In this document: one piece after another, positions 51,661 through 62,597 of the stretch
Position numbering within the stretch: the first letter of the stretch is position 1
Layout: each line of letters opens with the position of its first letter
From: an uncultured delta proteobacterium
GTDB lineage: Bacteria > Desulfobacterota > Binatia > UBA9968
Direction: 5' to 3'
NCBI GenBank assembly: GCA_963727625.1
Contig: CAVSHR010000006.1
Coordinates: 1 to 64,000 of the forward strand
DNA length: 64,000 nt
Notes under the pieces: model-generated
Seen by the model: only the letters and a program-made list of their open reading frames with translations
What the model was told of the DNA's origin: nothing
Databases searched by the model: none
Made by a program: the position numbers and the translations under genes

Positions 51661-52761
51661 ATGGAGCGAGAAAAAAATAATCTCGTGATCGATGCCGACG
51701 CCCACGTCGTCGAGTGCGCGCGCACCTGGGAGTTCATGGACCCTTCGGAGGAGAAGTACCGGCCTATGCCGCTCGAGACCCGCGAGGAAGCCGGCGTTAG
51801 ACTGCAATTTTGGGTCATCGACGGCAAAGTGCGGGGATTTCGCTTCCCGGCGTTTTCCGCCGAGGAGCTGGACAAGCTCGCCCGTCAAGTCGGACGCAAG
51901 TTTGCCCACGCCCAGGAAGCGCGCGAGCTCGGCAACGTCGATTTGCGCCTGGAGCACATGGATGAAACCGAGGTGGATATTCAGGTGCTGCACAACACCA
52001 TGTTCATCGAGTCGGCCACCGACCGCGCCGCGGTCGAAGTGGCTTTGTACAAAAGCTGGAACTGCTGGCTGGCCGATATCTGGAACCAGGCAAAAGGCCG
52101 CTTGCGCTGGTCGTGCATGGCACCGACCCTCAGCATGCCGGATGCGCTCGATCAGATTCGCTGGTCGAAAGAGCATGGCGCCTGCGCGGTCCTGCTCCGT
52201 CCCATCGAGGGACAGCGTTTGCTCGCCGATCCCTATTTCTATCCGATTTATGATCAGGCGCAGTCACTCGACATGCCGATCGCCATCCACATCGCCAACG
52301 GCAACTCGTGGCTCAACGATTTATACAGCCATCCGGTGCGCATCGCATCGACCTTCCATCGCTTTAGAATTCCCACGGTCGGAGCTTTCAACGACATCAT
52401 CATGAGCGAGATCCATGAAGTGTTTCCCAGGCTTCGTTTCGGCTTTATCGAGGCCAGCGCTCAGTGGCTTCCCTGGGTGATGCATGAAGCGAAAAATCGT
52501 TTCAAAACGCTGGGCCGCAAATGGCCAGAACACGCGATCCACGAGTTCGGCATGTATGTCACTTGTGAGAATTCCGACGACATTCCCTACATAGCGCGCG
52601 AAGCCGGCGAAGACTGCCTGGTGATCGGCACCGACTACGGCCATACCGATACGTCGAGCGACGTGGACGCGATCAAAGTCTTCCGAAGCCGAACCGACAT
52701 GGAGCCGGCGCTGAAAAGAAAAATTTTGAGCGATAACGCCCGGGCGCTCTACGCGCTCTAA
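51661..52761 (+). CDS. amidohydrolase family protein (Amidohydro_2)
   Basis: IDADAHVVE, PIAIH, FIEAS, GTDYGHTD, DNARALY. Confidence 0.9.
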   Translation: MEREKNNLVIDADAHVVECARTWEFMDPSEEKYRPMPLETREEAGVRLQFWVIDGKVRGFRFPAFSAEELDKLARQVGRKFAHAQEARELGNVDLRLEHMDETEVDIQVLHNTMFIESATDRAAVEVALYKSWNCWLADIWNQAKGRLRWSCMAPTLSMPDALDQIRWSKEHGACAVLLRPIEGQRLLADPYFYPIYDQAQSLDMPIAIHIANGNSWLNDLYSHPVRIASTFHRFRIPTVGAFNDIIMSEIHEVFPRLRFGFIEASAQWLPWVMHEAKNRFKTLGRKWPEHAIHEFGMYVTCENSDDIPYIAREAGEDCLVIGTDYGHTDTSSDVDAIKVFRSRTDMEPALKRKILSDNARALYAL

Positions 52762-52794
52762 GCCGGTTGCGCTTTCCCAAGAAACAACTCGATC

Positions 52795-53808
52795 ATGCGC
52801 TTTTACATCAACATACTGACGACCTATTTCCCGGATAGCGATCCGCCCTACGACGTCTACTACCGGCAAATCCTTGAACAGATCGAGCTCGCCGAGGCAT
52901 TGGGTTGGGAATGTTTCATGTTCAATGAGCATCACTTTCTCGGCTACGGCGGGTTGGTGGCCAATCCTGCCGTCTTGCTCGCCGCCGCTGCGGCGCGCAC
53001 GTCGAAAATTCGTTTAGGACCTTGCATTGCCATCCTACCGCTGCGCCATCCGCTCCACAGTGCCGAAGATTATGCCATGGTAGATGCGATCTCCGGCGGG
53101 CGGCTCGAGTTCGGCATCGGTTCGGGCAACACCGAGATGGATTATAAAGTGTTTGGCGTCACCCGGGAAAACGACCGGCAGCGGTTGCGCGAGGCGATCG
53201 ACGTCATCTTAAAAGTCTGGGGCCGCGAACGGGCAAGCCACAAGGGAGAATTCTGGTCTTTCGATGAGCTCACGCTTTACCCCCGACCGATCCAGCAGCC
53301 GCATCCGCCGATTTGGGTCGCCGGCACTTCTGCGGAGGGTCTAGGCTGGGCGGGACGCCAAGGTTATCACATTATGACCGTCGGCCACCCGCATCCGCCG
53401 GAAAAAGTTCGCCCCGGCGTGGAGGCGTGGAAGCAAGGCCTGATCGACGCCGGTTTCGACCCGCAGGAAAAGCACTGCCAATTTCACGTGCGCACGCACG
53501 TGAACGACAGCGCTGCGCGGGCGGGCTCGATCGCCACGGCCGCGATCAAACGCTACGACGACATCTCCCGCATCGGCCGCCGCTCGCTCACCGCTGCGCC
53601 GGCGGAGTACGATTGGGATTTGATGCTCGCCACCGGCCGGAATAATTACGGTAATCCGGAACAGTGCATAAACCAGATCCACAACGCGATGCGGAACTAC
53701 TATTTCGACACGCTGACCACCACCTTCAACTTTGGCGGCATCCCCCATGGCGAGATCCTCAAGTCCATGCGCCTCTTCGGCAAAGAAGTGATGCCCGCGT
53801 TTCGCTAA
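52795..53808 (+). CDS. LLM class flavin-dependent oxidoreductase
   Basis: EHHF, RTSKIRLG, AEDYAMVDAISGGRLEFGIG, PRPIQQPHPPIWVA. Confidence 0.92.
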   Translation: MRFYINILTTYFPDSDPPYDVYYRQILEQIELAEALGWECFMFNEHHFLGYGGLVANPAVLLAAAAARTSKIRLGPCIAILPLRHPLHSAEDYAMVDAISGGRLEFGIGSGNTEMDYKVFGVTRENDRQRLREAIDVILKVWGRERASHKGEFWSFDELTLYPRPIQQPHPPIWVAGTSAEGLGWAGRQGYHIMTVGHPHPPEKVRPGVEAWKQGLIDAGFDPQEKHCQFHVRTHVNDSAARAGSIATAAIKRYDDISRIGRRSLTAAPAEYDWDLMLATGRNNYGNPEQCINQIHNAMRNYYFDTLTTTFNFGGIPHGEILKSMRLFGKEVMPAFR

Positions 53809-54183
53809 ATATCACCGAGAACGGCTAGTTTCGCGGCCCTGCATCCTTAAAGGATGCGAAGCTTTCCAGCGATACGCGGGAGTTTCGTCAGGTCACGCGC
53901 AAGCGAGCGAGAGCGCGGCTACCGGCACCATCAATGGCGGGATACCGTGGGGCGCAGCGACCAAAACAAATTTTCCAGTACCCGAGCAATCAATAAAATC
54001 GCTTGTGAAATCTTGACCAGAAAACAGCGGCGGATTGTCCTACCAAACGCCCATCGATCGCCAGCCTCGCGGTGTCCGAGGCTATTACCAAGACCTATTG
54101 GCGCATAAGGAAATTCCTATTTGACCGCAGTCGGTGGTTTCACTAGTATCCGCCATCGATAGAGGTCACCACCGGAGTTTTCC

Positions 54184-55047
54184 ATGTTTCAGAACCTTGC
54201 CGGACTCCTGGAGCGCCAATCCAAGCTCACTCTCGCCGCTCTTGCGTTTACGATTTCTGTTCTGCTCGGCGTTGTCGATGTCGTCACCGGACACGAAATC
54301 CATTTTTTGCTTCTCTATCTAATCCCTATTTTCATCGGAAGTTGGTTCATTTCCAAAGAAACGGGCATCTATCTCGCGCTGTTCGCGTCGCTGATTTGGC
54401 TTATCGCCGCCTCCCTGAGCGGCCGTTCCTATTCATCCACCTGGATTGTTTACTGGAATCTATTCATGCGCACGGCGGCATTTGTTTTTTTCGCCGTCAC
54501 GCAGGCGTTATTGCGCGCTAAGCTGGATGAACTGTCTAATTTGGCCAGCCGCGATTTTCTTACTGGCCTGCCGAATGGTCACGCTTTCTACCAATTGACG
54601 GCAAATGAAATGGATCGAGCATTCGGGGTGGAACCGATGACCCTGGTTAGTATTGACGTGACAGGATTCAAATGGGTCAACCACCGCTTTGGCTATCCCA
54701 TGGGCGACCAGATGATGTGCACCGTCGCTCATACGATAAGACAACACGTGCCGCGGCCTGACCTGGTCGGCCGGCTGGGTGGCACGTCATTCTCTGTCCT
54801 ATTGCCCAACATCGCCTCGGATGTCGCCAATCTCATTCTTCAACGGCTTCAAATCGCGCTGCATGAAGAGCGGCGCAAGTATTCTTACCCTTTGACCTTC
54901 TTTATCAGCGCAATCGCCTGTGCCAAGGCGCCGCGCACGGTCGCCGAGCTGATGCAGGAGGCCGATGCGCAGATGACCCGGATCAAGAACGGCAAAAGAG
55001 ACTCTCTGCAGATCGCCAGAGTCGACAATCTGCCGGCGTTGAACTAA
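54184..55047 (+). CDS. membrane GGDEF-domain protein (degenerate GGTSF)
   Basis: 4 TM helices; DFLTGLPN, FKWVNHRFGY..GD, RLGGTSF. Confidence 0.85.
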   Translation: MFQNLAGLLERQSKLTLAALAFTISVLLGVVDVVTGHEIHFLLLYLIPIFIGSWFISKETGIYLALFASLIWLIAASLSGRSYSSTWIVYWNLFMRTAAFVFFAVTQALLRAKLDELSNLASRDFLTGLPNGHAFYQLTANEMDRAFGVEPMTLVSIDVTGFKWVNHRFGYPMGDQMMCTVAHTIRQHVPRPDLVGRLGGTSFSVLLPNIASDVANLILQRLQIALHEERRKYSYPLTFFISAIACAKAPRTVAELMQEADAQMTRIKNGKRDSLQIARVDNLPALN

Positions 55048-55279
55048 TCGCCTTGGACTCTGAGCCTGGACTCCTACCAGCAGTAAAACCCGCCTTTGCA
55101 ATCACCACGCCGCGCTTAGCCGCGCAATCCCTCCAGTTGCCATCATAATTTATTTATAAGAATGGGGCGCCCCGCGCTCCGTTCGCCGAAGGCGCTTCTC
55201 GTTTCGTTTTCTTCATCGCCCATGGGATAATCCGAAGATTCACAGGTCATAAAATCGCCGATTGAGTAAAGTCTTTTCC

Positions 55280-56049
55280 ATGCAGCTCAAATTTTTAACC
55301 GAATCGCCTTTATGGCGATCCATGCGCCATCGCAATTATCGGCTCTATCTTACCGGACAGCTGGCCTCCGTATGCGGCACATGGATGCGGCAGGTGGCGC
55401 AAAGCTGGCTGGACTATCGCCTCACTGGATCGGCGACGTTACTCGGCGTCGTCGCCAAGCTCGGCGAGGGCGCCTGTTTTGTGATCAATGGGGTCAGTTA
55501 TTCGGCGGCCATTTGATGATGGGCGCAGTCGGCTTGGGCGCGCTCATCGGTGCGCTTTCTCTGGCTTGGCGCAAGTCCCTGATCGGCCTCGGCCGGGTTT
55601 TCGTGATTGCTACGTTGGGGTTCGGCGTTGCCCTGGTCGTCTTCACCATTGCAGAGATATTCCGGCTGTCGCTGCTGCTCGCGGCGGTCGGCACGGGCTG
55701 GATGGTATTGATCGCCGGCTGTAATACCGCGCTGCAAACCCTCGCCGACGACACCATGCGCGGCCGGGTGATGAGTCTCTTTTCTATGATGCTCGTTGGC
55801 ATGGCGCCATTTGGCAGTCTGCTGGCAGGCTGGTTTGCGGATCGTATCGGCGCGCCTTTGGTGGTTACCGTGGGTGGCGTGGTTTGCGCGCTGGCTGGTC
55901 TGCTATTTGCCACGCAACTGCCGCCGTTGCGCGCAGCCGCCCGACATGCTCCAAGCCGAGAATGTCGCGGTAGAATTATTCCCCTTCTGCCAGATCGTTT
56001 ACCAGTATCGACCAATGAACTACCGCATCCAGTCACAATTTTTCCATAG
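55280..56049 (+). pseudogene. MFS transporter with internal deletions and a frameshift
   Basis: RHRNYRLY..GQ..S..GTWM N-terminus fused to CFVING and to C-terminal MRGRVMS; about half missing. Confidence 0.8.
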
Positions 56050-56265
56050 TGCCACTCCATTGGAGCTTCACTTACTCTATTCGCCGGGGCTGTCCACAGC
56101 TGCAAAAGGACGAACGAGAAACGATAAGGGATGATTCGGAATACTCTCAACGCAATTCCTGGATCCCTTAGCCTTCATCCTTTTTCCTTTATACTTTTCT
56201 TCTGCTCGTTGACTTTGCGGCCCCGTTCCACCTAGATTCTAGCTGCCCGGACGACGGAGGGGAAA

Positions 56266-57234
56266 ATGGCCAATCAGACAATCACCATCGGCTGCCGCGA
56301 CTACGATCACACCCGGGCCCTCGCCGACGGCCGTGTCAAAGCCGCGGGCCTCGAAGTTAAGTTTGTCAACATCTCGCCGCCGTCGCAGATCTTCCTGCGC
56401 ATGCTTCACGACGAGGAATTCGACGCTTCGGAAATGTCGCTGTCGAATTACATGATCGCCCTGGGCAAAGGCGACCGCAGGTTCATCGCGATCCCGGTGT
56501 TTCCTTCCCGCGTCTTTCGCCATTCGTATATCTGGATCAATACCCGATCGGGCATCGAAAAACCCGAAGATCTCAAAGGCAAGAGAGTCGGCATCGCCGA
56601 CTATTCGATGACCGCGCTGCTCTTTGTGCGCGGCTTGTTGCAACACCAATACGGCGTCGCGCCGCAGGACATCCACTGGTTTCGCCGCCGTTCAGAGCAC
56701 GTCGCGATCGACATTCCGCCGGGCATTCAGATCGACAACATCGGCAAAGACGATACTCTCGACAACCTGATCGAAACCGGAAAGCTCGACGCCCTCGCGG
56801 TCACGTCGCCGCCGCGGGCTTTTTTGCAGGGATCGCCGCTGGTGCGTCGGCTGTTTCCCGATTGCCGTACCGTCGAAGCGGCGTATTATCGTGAGACCAA
56901 GATTTTTCCGATCATGCACATGGTAGTGATCCGGCGCGCCGTGTATGAACAAGATCCGACGATCGCCGTCCGGCTGTCGCAGGGTTTTGAAACCGCGAAG
57001 CAGCGCGCCTTCGAAGCTTACGAAGAAGGTTTATCGTCGTTGCCCTGGGTCAATCTAGATTTGGAATACGCCAGGCAGGTCTTGGGCCGCGACGTGTACC
57101 CCTACGGCGTTAAAAATAATTTGTCGACGCTGGAAGCGGCGGCGCTCTATTCCAACGAGCAAGGGCTTACCCGGAGACAATTTGCCGTCGAAGAATTGTT
57201 TGCGCCCGAAACCCTGGATCTTTTCGACGACTAG
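56266..57234 (+). CDS. 4,5-dihydroxyphthalate decarboxylase-like / periplasmic-binding-fold protein
   Basis: DYDHT, FDASEMSLSNY, PVFPSRVFRH, IFPIMH, YPYG. Confidence 0.82.
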   Translation: MANQTITIGCRDYDHTRALADGRVKAAGLEVKFVNISPPSQIFLRMLHDEEFDASEMSLSNYMIALGKGDRRFIAIPVFPSRVFRHSYIWINTRSGIEKPEDLKGKRVGIADYSMTALLFVRGLLQHQYGVAPQDIHWFRRRSEHVAIDIPPGIQIDNIGKDDTLDNLIETGKLDALAVTSPPRAFLQGSPLVRRLFPDCRTVEAAYYRETKIFPIMHMVVIRRAVYEQDPTIAVRLSQGFETAKQRAFEAYEEGLSSLPWVNLDLEYARQVLGRDVYPYGVKNNLSTLEAAALYSNEQGLTRRQFAVEELFAPETLDLFDD

Positions 57235-57245
57235 AAATTGGCGTC

Positions 57246-58262
57246 TTATTTCGCCTTTTTCCTTTGCTCGGCCAAGAACCCGCTGGATTCGAGATTACGG
57301 ACAAAACTCGGGTCGATAATCTGGTCGAGATCGACTTGATTAATTTTCGGATTGACCTTACCGACGATGCGCTGAACGATTTTGTAAGCGGCCGGATTAG
57401 GCGCCAGGTCGAGCGTCGTCATCAGTCGCAGCACCTTGTACGATGCTTGAGCGTCATCGCGCTTCGACAGTCGCAGATTTTTTTGCAGAATTTTGGTGAC
57501 TTCAGTTTTATGGCCGCTGTTGAGAATAAACGCGCTCGCCTCGGCGAGGCCCTTGGTCAAGCGCAGGAAAAACTCCGGCCGGCCGGCGATGGATTCTTTT
57601 AGCGCGCAAATGCTCGGCCCCTGGTAGGGCGCCTTGAGCTCGGCGGCATCGGCCAGTGAGTGAAACCCCGCTTTGAGCGGCGCCTCGCTCAGGCTGTAAG
57701 TCATCGCTGCCGCGTCGATGTTTCCCGCCATCAGCGCCTGAGCGATAACCTGACCGTCGCCGATGACGCGAATCTTGAGGCCGAACTTTTCCGCGTCGAT
57801 GCCGAGGTGATCGAGGATGATCATCGTTTGCAGCCAGAAACCGCCGCCGATGCTCTGCACTCCGACGCTCTTGCCGCGCAGTTCTTCGATGCCTTTAATG
57901 TCTTTGCGCACGACCAGCAGCCGGGGAATCTTATTGATTGCGCTGGCAATGCAGCCGAGCTTGACCCCGCCGGCAACGGTGCTGAGGATCGTAGATTGCG
58001 CGGGATGAACCGCATCGACTTCTTTCGCCACCAGCGTCGCCACGCTGAGCGCGCCATTGCGCACCTGAATCATCGAGGCGTCGATGCCGAATTTTTTAAA
58101 AATGCCGGTGTCGATGCCCACCCACATCGGCGCCGCGGTCTCATTGTAACCGCCATAGGAAACCCGCAACGGCTCCTGCGCATAAGTGCTGAAGCTTAAA
58201 CCCCAGGCGACAATCGCGAGAGCAATTCTCCATAAGACTTTACCGCTTCGAACACCGACCAT
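57246..58262 (-). CDS. NitT/TauT-family ABC transporter substrate-binding protein
   Basis: signal peptide, G.FKKFG, LRGKSVGV, AL.AG.IDAA. Confidence 0.85.
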   Translation of the reverse strand: MVGVRSGKVLWRIALAIVAWGLSFSTYAQEPLRVSYGGYNETAAPMWVGIDTGIFKKFGIDASMIQVRNGALSVATLVAKEVDAVHPAQSTILSTVAGGVKLGCIASAINKIPRLLVVRKDIKGIEELRGKSVGVQSIGGGFWLQTMIILDHLGIDAEKFGLKIRVIGDGQVIAQALMAGNIDAAAMTYSLSEAPLKAGFHSLADAAELKAPYQGPSICALKESIAGRPEFFLRLTKGLAEASAFILNSGHKTEVTKILQKNLRLSKRDDAQASYKVLRLMTTLDLAPNPAAYKIVQRIVGKVNPKINQVDLDQIIDPSFVRNLESSGFLAEQRKKAK

Positions 58263-58641
58263 GACCAAACCTCCTGGTGAGCCGTGTAGGCAATCGCAAT
58301 TTTTTAACTCATCGAACGCTCGCTTCACAAACCTTGCGCGACATTGTGTCCATTGGGCAGACGCAAGCTCTCCATCAAGCGGCCATAGCCCGGGTGGCAA
58401 TCCATCTTTCTTGACTGATTTGAACGTTGAAGCAATCACACCGCGCCCGATCGCGGCGTGCCGCTTTGTCGATTCGGCTGCGACCGTAACAAACTTTTGG
58501 CCGCTGTCAATGTTTGAGCGCATCGATTGGAGAAAGAGAAGCTGTCCAATGGTTCCAAAACTGATTGACGTCAAGGGAACCATGCCTCCGGGAATTGACG
58601 CCACCAGCAGTGCAGTGGTTTTTCAACCTGCTTAGATCGCT

Positions 58642-58684
58642 CAGCAAAAAGGCCCATGTTATTTTAACATGGGCCTTTTTGCTG
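58642..58684. terminator. bidirectional intrinsic terminator downstream of pal
   Basis: 20-bp perfect inverted repeat CAGCAAAAAGGCCCATGTTA-TTT-TAACATGGGCCTTTTTGCTG. Confidence 0.85.
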
Positions 58685-58709
58685 GATCGTTGTAGCTGGG
58701 ATTAAGTTT

Positions 58710-59279
58710 TTACGAAGTCGGCTTGCCTCCGGAAACGGCGAACCGCGCCCGTCGGTTCTTAAACCAGCAGGCTTCGTTATGTTCTTTACACACCGGAATC
58801 TCTTCGCCGTAGCTGACCGTGGACATGCGATTGGCGGCGATGCCCAGAGTGGCTAGATAGTCGAACGCTGCCTGGGCGCGCTTGGCGCCGAGTGCCATGT
58901 TGTATTCCGCCGTGCCCCGCTCGTCGCAATGACCTTCGATCTGCACGCGAGCAGCGGGATTGCTCTTCAGCCACTCGGCATTTACTTTCAGTGTGGACCG
59001 CGCGCTGTCGGACAACGAAGCGCTGTCAAAACTAAAATGGACATCCTTAAGCGGGCCTTCAGCAGCTCTCTCACCGCGGCGCAACGCTTCTAGGCTGGAA
59101 GTCGTATCGGGTTTCGACGCCGCCGGCTTTGGCGCTGCGGCCATAGCGCCGGATGATGCATTAGGATTTTCCGCCGTCCATTTTGGCGGCGGGGGATTAG
59201 CGGGGTTACCGCAAGAAATTAAAAACACCGCGGTCAATAAACTCAAACCAAAACTCAATACCGCTTTTCGCGCCCTCAT
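58710..59279 (-). CDS. pal: peptidoglycan-associated lipoprotein
   Basis: lipobox LISC; IEGHCDERGTAEYNMALG, SYGEE, NRRA. Confidence 0.92.
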   Translation of the reverse strand: MRARKAVLSFGLSLLTAVFLISCGNPANPPPPKWTAENPNASSGAMAAAPKPAASKPDTTSSLEALRRGERAAEGPLKDVHFSFDSASLSDSARSTLKVNAEWLKSNPAARVQIEGHCDERGTAEYNMALGAKRAQAAFDYLATLGIAANRMSTVSYGEEIPVCKEHNEACWFKNRRARFAVSGGKPTS

Positions 59280-59451
59280 CGATCTAGCCCACCTTTCCCG
59301 TCCGTATTGGACTGATTTGAATGACCAATTGTGAAGCATTGCAAAGGGCCTGTCAACTCTAGAACTCGGTCAAAACAAGATTATATTTTTTGACAAAAAT
59401 TGATATCACAACAGACCAAAACGCCTTAAAGCTCCCGTAAGCTATAAAAAA

Positions 59452-60615
59452 TCAGTCCGACATAAGACGAATTCCATAGAGTTTTTCTTCTGAGCCTTTA
59501 AGCCGCTGCCAGTTTTCTCCACCGTCGTTTGTTGAATAGACCGAGCCATCCGTGTAGCCGACGCAAAGAGTCTGGTGATCGTTCGGGTGCACGGCAAACC
59601 CGCAAGTCATATGCTCATGTCCCATGGGCAGACCGCCGTCAAGCCGACTCCAACTCTTGCCGGCGTCGTCGCTCCTCAGGATTTGGGACTTAGCGCCGCC
59701 GGTCTGTGCCGCCAAGTTTCGGCTGAATTTAATGGTGTTGTAAGGTCCGGCGCGCACGGTGCGGTAACCTGGCCAGGTCACCGGTCCATTTTCCGCAGCG
59801 CCTAGGAACAGCCGATCGGGAGCGGCAGGATGGTTTGCCATGGGTATCGCGTAAGCGCGGCCCATGCCGTATTCGCACTTGAGCCAGCTTTTGCCGCCGT
59901 CGTTTGTTTGGTAGGTGCCGATTCCCGTGCTGGCGTACAATGTCTCCAAGCTCGTCGGATGGCGCGTTACCCAGTGCACGTCGCGATAGACGCGACCCTC
60001 CTCGTGCTTGCCCATCTCATAGGGCACGATACCGGCTGGATCGTTGATCTTCGGAAAAGCGGTCACGCTCGGCGGTCCGCTGATGTCTTCCCAGGCGGCG
60101 CCGCGGTCGCGGCTGCGCGCCACTCCGCCTTCTTCGATGCCGACGATGATTTCATCGGGCACCCGCGCATCGAGCACGATGCATCGCGCGTGCGCCACAT
60201 GCGGGCCGGGTGGAAACGTCCACCTGTTATAATCGGGCAGGTTGCGGAACGCCGATAGCTCGCGGAACGAGCGGCCGCCGTTTTCGCTGACATACACGGC
60301 TGCCGGAAGCGTGCCGACGTAGATCTCGTTGGCCCGCGTCGGATGCACCGCCATGGTCCAGATATCGCGATGGTCGATGCCGCCGGAAGGAAGCCATTGC
60401 CAGTTCGCGCCGTCGTCTTCGCTGACGTGAATTTCAGTCAGCGTCGCCGCGTACAAGCGCTTGGGATTGAACGGATCGTGCGCCACTTCGCGCACCGTCT
60501 CGCCTTCCAGCGCCCGGTTGAGTTCCTCGACTTTCTCTGACTTCCCGTCCCACCGACAGCGCACCAGCCCGTCGGCCTTGAGCAAGAACAGATTCAACAG
60601 ACCATTCCTCACCAT
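59452..60615 (-). CDS. BNR/WD40-like beta-propeller protein
   Basis: repeated SxDxGxxW Asp-boxes. Confidence 0.85.
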   Translation of the reverse strand: MVRNGLLNLFLLKADGLVRCRWDGKSEKVEELNRALEGETVREVAHDPFNPKRLYAATLTEIHVSEDDGANWQWLPSGGIDHRDIWTMAVHPTRANEIYVGTLPAAVYVSENGGRSFRELSAFRNLPDYNRWTFPPGPHVAHARCIVLDARVPDEIIVGIEEGGVARSRDRGAAWEDISGPPSVTAFPKINDPAGIVPYEMGKHEEGRVYRDVHWVTRHPTSLETLYASTGIGTYQTNDGGKSWLKCEYGMGRAYAIPMANHPAAPDRLFLGAAENGPVTWPGYRTVRAGPYNTIKFSRNLAAQTGGAKSQILRSDDAGKSWSRLDGGLPMGHEHMTCGFAVHPNDHQTLCVGYTDGSVYSTNDGGENWQRLKGSEEKLYGIRLMSD

Positions 60616-60772
60616 AAGAATTGTCTCCTACAATCGACTGTGTGCCGCGGTCATCTTCTTTTTACCGGTTCTTACCGGCAAAAATAAGGCAAGTGACAAA
60701 CCATCGTCAAGCCGGCAAATTTTATTACACAGGCTGGATATTGTACCGCGTCCTGGATTAGATTGTCGGCTC

Positions 60773-61654
60773 ATGATGCGACCGGTTCAACCACCCAATT
60801 CGGCGACCCGTAAACCGCGGCTCATCGCTCCGCCCGGCACCTGCGATACCCATCTCCACGTCTACGGCGCGCGCGAATCATATCCTCTTGCGTCCGAGCG
60901 AAACTATACGCCCGATCCGCACTCGACCCTGGACGATTATCTGAAAGTCCACCGCACGCTTGGTTTAGAGCGTGCGGTCATCGTCACCGGCAGCGCCAAT
61001 GGCACCAACAATCAGGCAACGTTGGACGCACTCAAGCGGATCGGCGGCAAATTTAAAGGCCTCGCGTTGCTTGATCCCGCAGTCACGGATGCCGAACTTC
61101 AACGATTCAAAGACGGCGGCATCACCGGCTTTCGCGTCAAAGCCAACGGGAAAGGCGGTTTGTCATATGAAGACAGCAAGAAGATATTGGCGCGCGTGGT
61201 GGATTTCGGCTGGCATGTGGAGTTCATGTCGCAATCGATGGCCGAAGTGATCGGCGCCGTACCTTTCTTGAATAGCCTAACAATCCCCTATGTCTTCGAT
61301 CACGTCGCCCATGCCGAACTCCATAATGGTGAAGATGATCGTGAATTTCGCGAGCTGCTTGCCATCCTCAAAAACGAAGAGCATGCCTGGATCAATCTCT
61401 ATAGCTTCTATCAGCTGTCAAGATCCGGGCCGCCGAACTACAGCGACATGGTCGATGTGGTACAGCAAATCATTGATACAAGACCCGATCGAGTGATTTG
61501 GGGCAGCAACTGGCCCCACGCCGGGATTGCCGTGCCCATGCCCAACGACGGCGACCTGCTCGATTTTCTGTTGGCGGCCGCGCCGGAGGAACGAACGCGC
61601 AAATTAATCCTGGCGGACAACCCGGCGAGAATCTACGGCTGGCCGAAAATCTAA
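60773..61654 (+). CDS. amidohydrolase (2-pyrone-4,6-dicarboxylate hydrolase-like)
   Basis: CDTHLHV, GWHVE, FDH, WGSNWPH, DNPARIY. Confidence 0.85.
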   Translation: MMRPVQPPNSATRKPRLIAPPGTCDTHLHVYGARESYPLASERNYTPDPHSTLDDYLKVHRTLGLERAVIVTGSANGTNNQATLDALKRIGGKFKGLALLDPAVTDAELQRFKDGGITGFRVKANGKGGLSYEDSKKILARVVDFGWHVEFMSQSMAEVIGAVPFLNSLTIPYVFDHVAHAELHNGEDDREFRELLAILKNEEHAWINLYSFYQLSRSGPPNYSDMVDVVQQIIDTRPDRVIWGSNWPHAGIAVPMPNDGDLLDFLLAAAPEERTRKLILADNPARIYGWPKI

Positions 61655-61775
61655 CCTTGAAAAAAGTCGAGGGCATTGTTCTGACAACTTGAACGATTTG
61701 AACGTCTTGAACTGGCCCGCAACAAGTTCAATAGCACCGAGCTAATCAGTGAAAAAACATTAGGAGGAAAATACT

Positions 61776-62501
61776 ATGTACGGTTGGCGTGCTCGCATCG
61801 GTCACGTCGCCCCGTCGCGCGGCGACACTTTAGTTTACGAATTCTATCGAATGTTTCCCGAAGGCTTCATGATGCTGAACACGACCGGCACCGTGCGCCA
61901 GCTGGTCGATGGCGACTTCGAAAAGCAACTGAGTCGCATCGAGGAAGCGGTCCAAGACTTGGTCGAGAATAACTGCGACTCGATCATCTTCAGCGGCTCG
62001 CCCCTTTTCACCCGATTGCCTTTCGGCAGTGACCGGGAGCTCGGCAAAAAGTTAAGCGACCAATTCGGTGTCCCGGTGGCCGCAGGATTGACCGCCGAGG
62101 TCGAAGCCTTGAAGGTGATGCATTGCAAGAAATTGGTTGTCGGCACGCCTTATGAAGATGAGATCAACCAGCGGCTCAAGCGCCACCTCGAAGCATCCGG
62201 TTTCGAGGTTTTGCAAATCGCCGGTTACGGAGTGCGCAAGAACGCTCAGCTCACCGACCTGCCGGTGCATGCTGCCTACAAGATCGCCAAGCGTCTTTAT
62301 GCCAAGGCCCGCAACGCGGACGGAATTTTCGTTCCCTGTCCCCGTTGGCCGACCATTACCGACGTGCAACTGCTGGAGGACGAAATCGGCAAACCGATGG
62401 TGACCAGCAGTTTGGCCTGCATTTGGTACGCCATGAAGCTCATCGATATCAAAGAGAATATCGTCGGTTTCGGTCGTTTGATGGCAAGTTTGGGAAAGTG
62501 A
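61776..62501 (+). CDS. maleate isomerase/arylmalonate decarboxylase family protein
   Basis: YGWRARIG, TPY, ADGIFVPC, GKPMVTS, FGRL. Confidence 0.85.
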   Translation: MYGWRARIGHVAPSRGDTLVYEFYRMFPEGFMMLNTTGTVRQLVDGDFEKQLSRIEEAVQDLVENNCDSIIFSGSPLFTRLPFGSDRELGKKLSDQFGVPVAAGLTAEVEALKVMHCKKLVVGTPYEDEINQRLKRHLEASGFEVLQIAGYGVRKNAQLTDLPVHAAYKIAKRLYAKARNADGIFVPCPRWPTITDVQLLEDEIGKPMVTSSLACIWYAMKLIDIKENIVGFGRLMASLGK

Positions 62502-62597
62502 AGTCAAACCCTTATTTTTTTTACTTGCGTTACCATTTTGTAGCAGGCGATAATTTCATTCGTCTAAGCCAGATAACAGATTCAAAAGGAGGCATCT

